Part shown: one piece after another, positions 1 to 10,500 of the stretch
How the letters are laid out: each line of letters starts with the position of its first letter
How positions within the stretch are numbered: position 1 is the stretch's first letter
Assembly (NCBI RefSeq): GCF_000002075.1
Contig: NW_004797287.1
Span: 384,792 to 448,791 of the forward strand
DNA length: 64,000 nucleotides
From: Aplysia californica
Lineage: Eukaryota
Direction of reading: 5' to 3'
Notes under the pieces: model-generated
Seen by the model: the letters and a program-made list of their open reading frames with translations, nothing else
Database searches by the model: none
Told to the model about the DNA's origin: nothing
Translations under genes and position numbers: made by a program

Positions 1-120
1 CCCCCCTCTTTCCCTCTCTCCCTCCATTATCGATTAAAAACTTCATTCCGAAAACCGTAGGCTCGCTCAAAGTGTTTGCTATTTTTACAGGCTCAAGGCC
101 TCGCTATTTATTCTGCAAGT

Positions 121-475
121 TTCGTAGAACTTCATAAAATTCCGGGGAATCAGAAATGGATCTAGAATCTAGAATGGCGGCAACGAAAGTGAAACTAGAA
201 CCTAAATTTAGGCTAAGATACACAAACAACGAACTGAAACCAATCGATAACATTTTGGCTGCCTGCTCATTGCTGCTATTGATAACAAACGTTTCATATC
301 CTCTTTTTAAAGCTCTGTGAACAAAGGATATCAGAACAGTTTCATTAGTACCAGCGAACTTGATTTGACATCGTGTGCCGAGTCGGCCGGACGCAGACTC
401 AGACTGACTCAGTGACAGAACACCATCCCTAGATATCTAACTATCGTAAGTGAACAGTGAAAGTGAAAGTGAAAG
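121..475. promoter_or_regulatory. Putative promoter/5' region with GAS, ISRE, AP-1 and IRF-E motifs
   Basis: TTCGTAGAA 121-129 (TTCN3GAA); TTCCGGGGAA 140-149 (TTCN4GAA); GAAAGTGAAACT 185-196 (ISRE consensus, reverse complement AGTTTCACTTTC); TGACTCA 405-411; AGTGAAAGTGAAAGTGAAAG 456-475. Confidence 0.5.
360..445 (+). other. Putative non-coding first exon (5' UTR); start approximate
   Basis: CpG-rich patch followed by a consensus donor GTAAGT at 446; the coding exon at 3941 has an acceptor upstream of its ATG, so an upstream exon is needed. Confidence 0.4.
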
Positions 476-652
476 ACATTAGATGTAGCCTAGACTAGAT
501 CAAGATGTCTTGATCTAGAATCTAGATCTAGATTTAGAGTCTAAATGTATATTTAGATCTATTATAATTGAAATTATTTTTTTTGTTAAAGTGAGGAGTT
601 CTGGTTGGTTTTTTAATTTGAGCAGTGTCGAAATAAGGTGCGGTATTATTTT

Positions 653-1659
653 CGCAGTTGGCTACGTTCACAGCACTGTGAACGTAATCTGCAGGCTACA
701 TTCACGGCACCATGAATGTAGTTGGCAGGCTACATTCACGGCGCCTTGAATGCAGTTTGCAGGTGCTGTTGTTGAGGCTACGTTCACGACTCTTCTAAAG
801 CTTCGTTTGGGGGGACCGTCCTCTCCCGGTTTAAGTCAGCCGGTTTTAGTCATTGACGACAGTGACGGTTATTTAATATTAAATTTTGGCCAGCTCAAGT
901 GTTCCATCCCATGAGATGAGGCACTCCTGTACAATTGCGGTCTCGTTTAGGGATACTCGCTTTGACCCCACCAACGATTACTTCTGGTTCTAAACTATTA
1001 CTTTTTTTTGATGCGCGTGCCGATAGGCTTCTGGAGAGATAACCAATCAAACCTAATTGCAAGACATGTTTCTGTTAGGTGGTCATGGGGGCAAGCCCCC
1101 CTGAAACCCCCCTTGCCTTTGTATACAAGTGAAATTTTACTGCTTATTTTGTAGGCTATATCTACGGACAAAAAATCGATATCGAATGTTTTAATCAGTA
1201 TCGATATCCAGTAGTCTTTGCTTGTGTGTGATTTAGTGCTAGAACTAACGGGACTGAAATTGTACAGGAGTGTCTGAGATAAAGGAAAACGAAGCGCCTT
1301 TACAGAATTAAAGTCGGGATATGGGATATGGAAAATTGGATACGGTAGGTGGGAAACAAGAGGTGAGAGATGGGAAACAGATATTCAAATGATGGGACTG
1401 GTCATAAAATGTGTACAATGGTTTTATTGCACCGGGTCAGCCTGGGAACCGATGCAGAGAGAAAATGACGGGAATCAATTATTCTTATATAATAACAAAC
1501 ACCTCTCTCTCTCTCTCTCTCTCTTTCTGTCTGTCTGTCTGTCTCTCCCCTTTCTCTTTCCGTTCTCTCTTTCTCTCCCCCCTCCTTCTCTCTCTATTTT
1601 TCTCTGTCTCTGTCTGTCTCTCCCTCCCTCTTTCTCCCCCCCCCCCCCTCTCTCTGTTC

Positions 1660-1738
<79 letters not shown>

Positions 1739-2274
1739 TACACACTGCCCGCAGACAAAATTGCATGCTTTCAAGTCGAGAGCGCTGGAACGTTTTTTTA
1801 CGCTCGTATATTTACGGGCCGTCACGCGTTAACACAATGTCGCGCCCAAGTCTCGCCCGGACACGAGATAGGGCAATTGAAAAATCTTGGTAGGCGTATA
1901 CATTTTTGTCATATATCCTAATGCATTGTTGCGTAATTGAGAGTTCGTCGTTTTCCCTTACTCTGGTGAGCTCGAGCTCTGAGCCAGAGCTCAGTTGAAG
2001 GGAAAACGACGAATGGTCGATCGGTCAAAGGATCACTGCTTCGTTTTCCTTCATCTCATAGGATGTAACTCTTGAAGCAGGCCAACATATTAAATATACA
2101 TCACTGTCGTCACTGACTAAAACCGGCTTACTTTTAAACCGACAGTGGACGCTCCGTTTAAACGAAGCTTGAATGCCGTGACTGTAGCCCCAACAGCGCC
2201 TGCAATCTGCATTCAGGGCGCCGTGAACGTAGCCTGCAGACCTCTTTCATGGCGCCATGAACGTAGCCACTGCG
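653..2274. mobile_element. Non-autonomous DNA transposon, MULE/Foldback-like, about 200-bp TIRs, 9-bp TSD
   Basis: 653-880 is an inverted copy of 2087-2274 (CGCAGTTGGCTACGTTCA.../...TGAACGTAGCCACTGCG); TSD TATTATTTT at 644-652 and 2275-2283. Confidence 0.8.
1503..1745. repeat. (CT)n/(CA)n microsatellite
   Basis: Direct reading; explains the spurious SL/RE-rich ORFs. Confidence 0.95.
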
Positions 2275-3944
2275 TATTATTTTATTTTCCCTCCCGTCTC
2301 ATGCTTTAGACTTTGGGCATTGTAAATTGTTTGTGTTGCTGAAACTGTCCACTACTGTCTTTCAATCTTCACGATCTTTTATCATGTTTTAAACTACTTC
2401 CCATTTAAAATGGCTTTTTAAACTACAGATGATAATCAAGTGATATACGCCTGAAGTATTCAATTACTATTATATTAGTAGATCTGGATCTTATTAACAT
2501 TAGGTTTTGAAATGCTTGATGTTTTTTTCCTTTTCAAACTAGGCCTAGATCTAGAGTCTACATCATGGTCATGATAAGCCTGAATACACAAACAGTAATT
2601 TCCAAGCTTTGGATCACCCGGCCTTGGGAAGGGGGGTGGCAGTCAGGAGGGGGGATAATAAGACTCAGAATAAGTTACTGTGCAAAATACGAAAACTTCT
2701 GATTCCCCCAGCTTTTCCCCAATTCCTATCGGAGAGGAATCAAATTCAGAGCTTGTTGCATTGCTATGCATGATGTTGGAAAATTGAAAGTTTTAGCCTT
2801 GTTATTCAAAATTTTACAAATATTTTGCATTTTGATTTGTCAAGTCACAGTCACTTGAAATTTCCAGTGGTGATTGTTGGATCAAAATGTGGTCGGTCAG
2901 GGACTTAGAATTGAGGTTAGGTTGAGTTCAAAAGTAAGATTTCCTTGGTTCAGAGGAAAGCCTGGATATGTGTGAGTGAGTGTGTATGTTTGTGTATGTT
3001 TGCATGCAGCTGCAGAAAGCAAGACATTCCTTATGAGGGCCCAATGAGTGTGCTGTGGGGAAAGCGTGTCCCAAACTTGCACCCCATTGTCAGGGCTTGC
3101 AGAACATGAGTGCTGTCCACCACAGTTTTTGTGAGTTCTTCAAGAAGAGTGTCATAAAGAAAGGATGGTTGCAAAGGGCTCATCCTTTGCTGAGCCCTTA
3201 GAATTAAAACTTTAAACTTTTGATTGGCTGTTAGGCCGTTAGGTTATTATTGTTATACATTGTAATTGGTGACAACAGTGATTGGATATAGGAGCATGTG
3301 AGATTGTTCACTGCGTGCAACTAGAGGCGGAAGATTCTAAAGAAGTCATAATGGTTTCAACTGATTATTTTATTAAAAAACATTCAGTTGCATTTAGGGC
3401 AAAGGGAAAGAGTTGAGGTAGGGCTGAAATCCTTTAGCCCTTCACTGCACTGGAAATTTTTTCATAGGGCATTATGCTATCACTTTTCTTTTTTTGTGTT
3501 CTCTTAGTTTGTTTTGGGTGACCTGTCATCTTTCATCTCAATAGCTAATACTTACCACAGTCATTATTATGATACTACCATCCTCTCTTTTACAGCTACC
3601 ATTTTCCTGATTTGAATTAAAAAATATACAATGACACAACGTTGGTCAAATGTATAAAAATAGCAAAATGGGATGCATGTCGTGCTCAGCTGTTAAGATT
3701 TCATTGGTGCAGGGAAAAAAAACCTTGATTTTTTGTTGAAAACCTTGCTTTTTTAAAATACTGTTTTTACCCAAAAGTGGGTCTGCACATATCCCCATTG
3801 TTATACAATGTATTCTCAAAATGTTTCTTGATGTGATTCTTTTTCTTTTGCTGTTCCACAAATGATATTGCTTTTATTTTTTGGTGTGATTTAGATGTGC
3901 ATACATGTCAAAGCATTTTTTTCTTTTCTTCTTCTTGTAGGGGC

Positions 3945-4575
3945 ATGCCATCAGTTGAAGAAAGCCGATATCAGCTGAAATTAGACATTGTGAGTTTCTT
4001 GTCGAAATGTCCGAAACAGAAACATCACGAGGGAAAATTTTGGAACAGATTGCAGACGTTTACTGGGAAACCGCTTTTAAAGAATAGGTATGGTGTCACA
4101 AAGCTGAACAAATTTTTTGAAATTTTTGATGATGTGATTTTTAAAGAAGATCGTTTTATTTGTCTTCGAGGTGATAATGACTCATTGGATGAGTCGAAAG
4201 ATATAAATACCCAGGGTTCTGAAGCAAGCGGAGGAGCAGTAAAAATGTTTCCTTCTCAAACTGCTTCAAATGGATACGCAGATGGAACGTTCGAGGATCG
4301 TATGGTATCTGTGCTTAAAGCTCATGATGGGACTTGTAAAATTTGGACATTTTTGGATGCCTATTGCTCTGCGTACGGGAAGATTCCTACACACCCAAGA
4401 AACTGGCCTGTGGAGAAAGTGATCACCAGAGACTTTTATGATGTTGTTTCTTTAAACGGAGACGTCTTGTCTCTGAAATCAAGAGGAGCGAGTGCGAAGG
4501 GTAAGCCTGGAAGTTCCAAAAGTTCTGTATCAGCTGCACCCTGGGGCTCTGCAGCTCGGACAGACTTTGCGGCAG
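3945..4575 (+). CDS. NOV-like coding exon 1 (ATG at 3945; two LOTUS/OST-HTH-like repeats)
   Basis: Acceptor ttcttcttgtag|3941, MPSVEESRYQLK...; donor gcag|gtacg, phase 1 (in-phase alternative donor gtaagc at 4501). Confidence 0.75.
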
Positions 4576-7500
4576 GTACGTTTTCTTTACGTTCTGTAAT
4601 GGCATTTGAATCATTTGAAGGATGCTTAAATAGAGTTAAATTCTGCTTGCTATTGATACTAACCTTTACAGCTCCAGTCATGTATATTTCCCTTTCAGGG
4701 CACCGGCCACTTCAAACCCGTAATCTGTCCAATTTTCTTTGAAAATTTCAGAAAAATATACTTCATGTTTAATTCTAAAATGTCAAACTGAAGCAGTGTA
4801 TGAAAATTTTTTTTAATGTCTGCAAAAAATTACACACTCACTCAGTATTGGCTGAGCCTTTGGAGTCAAGGACTTAGTGTTACCAAAGAGTCTACATAAC
4901 AAGAGGGTCCACTCCTCTCTTTGAGCCAATTAAAAAAGTGTCTTCAAAATTCGGTGGCGCCCTCTTCGCAAATGCGCACTCTTTGCGAACAGAGTTGCCC
5001 TACTTGTGTTAAAAAAATCAAAGTGAAAGTAACACGTTTTTGAATAAATAAGAATTCAAATTTCGGAAGAACGCTTTAAAAAAATGCTTACGCTGACAAA
5101 AAACCTTTTCCGGAGGAAGGGGTAACTATTTTCTGTGTTTAATTTGACTTTAGAATGAAAGATGAGAGGTCATTAAAATAAAAAAACCCCTAAAACTCCG
5201 CCCTGAACGAACCCGAAATGCTTATGAACAGCAGTAGATCCACGCACGCAAGGAGGTGCTATTCCTATTCTTCTTCTGGAGAAACAAAAGCAAGTTTAAA
5301 AACAGACTGCAGCGCCTTCTGAAGCAAAGAGCGGACTTCCGGCGGACAATTTTTTGGCTAAGTGGACCATCTTGTTATGTACTATCTTTGGTATTAACTG
5401 GGCAAGAGGGAAATGTGGGCTGAAAATAGCCTGGTGCTGTAAGGGTTAAGAAAGATGTTTTTCTTTCCTCAATGGCTTTTCAAAAGTTGCTAGTTGTAAA
5501 TACTGTTTTTCAGTATACTTTTTCTTGTCTTCCCTGTGACCTGTTTGATATGTCATGCTCTAAAACTCGAATAGGCATTTGAATTTCTAAACACGGCCGT
5601 GCATTTATTTGTAACATAATTTTTGTATTAGGTCAACAAATGCATTTTCGGATTGTTTAAAAATCAGACGATAATCAATCAGGTCTTGTAAAGTTTTCCA
5701 GCTGAAAACGACTGCCCTAAGACATGTTGTTGGTTTGGGTGGGGGGAGGATAAAGTTACACATAGGTTGAGGAATATCTAACTTTCGTATTGTTTCATGG
5801 GTGTGTGTTAACGGGTCGTGAAAAAACGCTGGATAGTTTTTTTTACGGAGGATAATGGATGCTAGAGACTTTCACGGGAAGTGTGTCAAATCTGGTTAGC
5901 GGACAGTTTGGATAATGCCAAGATTTTTTGAAATCCTGAGTTGTGTGGAAGATATCTGGATTGTACTGCACTTGAAATAGTCACTTTATTTTTGTTTTCG
6001 TTTTCGTGAGAATAGTTTAGAACAAATAACACACTTCATAACACTGTGCTGTGTAAATGTATGTGAAATTTCCAGGAACCAGGACAAAAAAGAGCCAACC
6101 GACCCCTATAGTCATTGATTCTGAGAGTGATGATGAAGATGATGGAAAGGAAACTCTGTCCTCATTCAAGAATTCCGCAGGATTTATTGCTTTCTCCAGT
6201 AAGATATGTTTTATAGGAAGAAAATGATACTGAAACTATTGAGGCTGAAATTTTTGTTTGGCATTTCTATGAATTTAGATATAGGATAAATAGACTAGAT
6301 GTGCTTTAGCTATTTTTAGCTCCTGGTGTGTTTCCTATAAATAAATTTATTGGTATTTTGGATTTTGGACTTTCATTTTCGGATGAATTGGAGAGTTTTT
6401 CTGCTAAAGGCCTATAAAACACCAAAGCTTTCAGTGGCCGTTTCAGTTACTTTATTTCCCTTGTTTGAAGGAGATTAACTACATTGTATTTAGCTGTGTA
6501 TTGGTAGACTGTAAAGATTTTGTGTTATATCACATAATATGTATACACTGTATGAAGCAGACTACAAAAAAGGTAAGGAAAGTAGAACTTAAATTTACAC
6601 CTGTCCAAGACAATCACGTGTACAAGCAACGACTTCCCACTTACTCCTCTAGCTTTTTTTCTGAAGTTATAATGGCCCTGTCCAAGACGTCTACCTGTCT
6701 AAAACAACACTGTTTACTTTTAATTTCTCCACGACAGTGGGTGGCTGCCTTGAACAATTTTGATTGTATTTTGTGACATTCTTTTTTTAGAAGGCACTGG
6801 TCGACGCTTACTTTTTTTCTTACTTTGTACTTTAACATATTACTCCCATGTATGTATCCTGAATATTTTTGTGTCTTTAGTTAAAGTCTGCTATATTTAT
6901 GTTTGTTGCTCTCTGTACACAACTGTTGGAGGCCGTCAGCAGTAGGTCCTACTTCTGTTCTTTCCCTTTATTGCTTCTATCTGTCTGTCTGTCTTGGATT
7001 TTCCTTTTTCTATTGCCGTGTAGAAATGCTTTTTTAACTTAAAAAAAAAAAAGAATTCTGACAACTGAACTGTGTTAAAAAGAGGTACTGACGTTTCTCT
7101 GAAAAATATGTTTCACTGAAAAATATGGGAGTCAGCGTGGTGATATCAGGCGCTTGTCAAAATAATGAAAGTCAAGAAATTGTTTTTTTCCCCACAGGTT
7201 TGGAATTTTAAAATCTAATTTTTGTTTTTTGGCTCAACACCTTTCACATACCCATTATCGATCACATTTCTGTGTGGATTTTACTGAAAAACATTGAATA
7301 AAGGCATAAAAAATGTAAATTTTCAGTTTTCACTTACCCTTAAGGTAAAGAAATAATTCAACTTTGGCGGCCATTTTCTCATTAATCTTACCTCTGAAAC
7401 CAGACAACCTCCACCTCCTTCAATCACCAATGTCTTGACTTGTATCCAACTTACATGGTAATTTTTTTCATCGTAAGCAAGGCAAATGGACAGGTTTTAA

Positions 7501-10500
7501 GCTGATACCAATAACTCCATATCCATGTCCCAAAATTGATGAGCACCTAATTCCACCGCGTCATGACACATATATCTCCTTGATCTATATACAGTAGTCT
7601 CCGCCTAAGATCCCGGTGCTCGGGAGCAAGGAAAATAAGGATCTTAGCGGAATGGTCAGGGGGAAGAATCCACAGTAACTCATGGTCAGGCCCATAATCT
7701 GTACAATGATCTTCCCTTATTTTAAAATGAACTGACGTGACTCCTGGGCACTAAAAGTTCTTCTCAGAAGTCAGTTTTTCCTGTGTCAGGTGGGAACCAG
7801 TTGACTTCAAGCAATGCCCCCCACCAAAAATTTATTGCTTTCTATCTGTAAGGAAGTTCCCCGCCCATGTCATGATGCATCACAAATCGTTGTGTTGTGA
7901 CCACACTGACCAAATTGAGGCGATCGGACAGTCCACGAGTATGGGCACCAGTCTGTCTAGGAAGTTAGAGTGCAAAACCGAAAGAAAAGAGCGATGGTCG
8001 TAAAAACGTAAGTGTCCACGAGTTCACAGTTTGATAGAATGTAGTCTGACGCTTGCTTGTAGGCCCTCCCCACCTAGTGTGTGATGTAACATCAGGTGGA
8101 CAGCTCAGGTGATCGGGGAAAGCATGCAAGGCATCGACGAGTTCACACCTTGTTGTGATCCCGTCTGGGGTAAACATTGCATCTGCTTATCGAGATTTAC
8201 AATAGAGGTATCATCGCGTTCATGAGAGTGAATGATCCATGATAGTAAAGTACTATCCTATCCTATCCTATGCAACGGACCGTACAATGATGGCACATTT
8301 TCGCTACTTGGTTGATCAGCTGAGCGCGCTCAGGTTTCTTTTTCTTTTTTTTTTTCTTAAATAAAGAAAAAAAACAACTAAATTATGACGTGAAAAGCGG
8401 GAACTAAATTATGACCTTAAAAGTGGGATCGTAGCCTAATGTAACTCCTTCAGTGCGGGATCTTCGGGGTGACTTTTATATAGTAAAAATTCTGTTTTTC
8501 CAAAGAAGCAGGATCTTAGGCGAACCGGGACCATAAGCAGTGGTATCTTAGGTGGAAACTACTGTATTAATGTATACCATTCTATTTGTTATTCACATTC
8601 ATCCAAATATATCATTCTGTATTTCATTGATGACATTTTTTTATTTCCTTCATTGTCTTAAATGTACCCCAGATTCTAAGCTGTCACAGGATGCTACTCC
8701 TCAAGGCCAAACAGCTCACTCGAGATACTCGCTGTCATCTGGCGGTGCTCCCGCCTCGGCAGGATCTACGCCGTTCAGTGAGTAATTTTTGCGTATAGGA
8801 CGTTTATGACTAGGTCGGCAGGAATGCTGTGTGGGTGGTTGACGGGTGCTTCGGTGTGGTTTGCTCCTTCTTTCTTTTCAAACGTCTATCGTCCTGAACT
8901 CTCCTCCTTTATTTATATTTATGTTTGTTACTCTCTTGTTACACTTCTAATCTTCGGCACTTATATGACCTAATTGTGTTGTCAGTGCTGTAAAACTCTT
9001 ACTAAAATTAAAAAGGGATTCTGTTTATCTGGAAAATACCAGGAGTTCCTGAAATGTAAGTTCCAGGTATTCCAGGCTTCTGTTCACGTGTGATGATCAG
9101 TGCCTCCCCCCAATCTCTTTTTAAATGCCATGTCAGCCTTTTTATTTCAGTTTAGTTTAGTAAGAGTTTTACGGCACTTTTAGTTTATTTCTTAATTGGT
9201 GGTTGGTGGGCACACAGTTCCTTCTCCTTTTCAGTGTTTCTGTTGTTGTGATCTATTCTTGGGGTAAGGGATGACTTCGGTGGTGTTTAAAGCTGTGCCC
9301 ATTTGACTTTGCCTTTCAAAATTCACGATTTTTTACGTTATTCACAGATATTTGAAGATGGTGGAGGTATTCGAATGCCATGTGGTATTTTTAGATAATT
9401 TTTTTGGGGGATAATAGATTTTTGTCTTTTTTTCCCTCAAATTGTAGTAAAATTAGAGCATATTATATCTAAAATCATTGAAGCAAAGACAACAGAACTT
9501 TGTACTTGACGTTTACAAGATAGAGTGATAAGTGGAGCCAACAAACATTATAAAAAAAGTGCCTCTAAGATGTATTCAGTACTTTGCAATATTCACTGTT
9601 CACACCAGAAATAGCTCAGGGGCATTTGACTCTCAAAATGCTGCAAACGTTTTTCCATGAAGTTAAAAAAAGTATGCTGTTGTATTGAGCTCCCCTTCCC
9701 CTATTTGAAATTTCAAGTGAATGCTGATATGACATCAGCGTATTGCACTGTGTATTGCACTGTGTGTGTGCCAGCAGGTGCGTGCTCAGCGAATAGCACT
9801 GTGAATTGTCAGAATAGTCAGTGAATATTGAATTGCGGAAGTTAGGGATGGACTTGTCATATATATAAGAGATTATCATTCACACACGGTATTTGATTGG
9901 CATAAATAGTTACCTCATGCGTTGAAGCGTTGATGAAGTTTTATTTAGTGTGTATGTGTGTGTGGGTGGGAGTGAGGGTTGGGGGTGGGGGGACCAAAGC
10001 AAACTCACCAAGGGGAAGCTGTGAACTGAATTCTTCTTTGATAAAAATTTGACTGTAAACTTGTTTTCAAGCAAAAAAACAAGAACCTGGAACTATTCCA
10101 TAAGGAAAAAGTTAGTGTTGACTTTCCGTTTTGTCGTAGTTTTGTGAACATTTTCTTACTTAATGTACTAAATGTATGAGTGTGATGATCTGTTTCCAGT
10201 GGGACCAAGTGGTTCGAACATTCGACCTGGACCAAGTGGCCCACCAATGGGCCCTCCAATGAGTGCCCCACCACAAAGTGCCCCGTGGGCTACCCCAAGT
10301 CCCAGAGGTCCGCTAATTCGAGCACCATGGCATGGGCCTCCAGGCCTTGCAAAGAACTTGGTGGTTGACTTCACAAAAAGTGCGCCACCTCAGGTAAATT
10401 TGGATTCTCCTGTATGATATGTGTCCCTTCTTTAAACCCCAAGGTATTTAAGAAAACGAGAATTCCTGATTAATTGTCCATCTCAAATAGGTGGCAAGCC

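Noticed and set aside
650-790. Palindromic repeats superficially like a CRISPR or REP array
   Set aside because: They are TIR subrepeats of a transposon in eukaryotic DNA; no unique spacers and no cas genes
1389-1893. ORFs of 93-160 aa
   Set aside because: Translations of the (CT)n microsatellite
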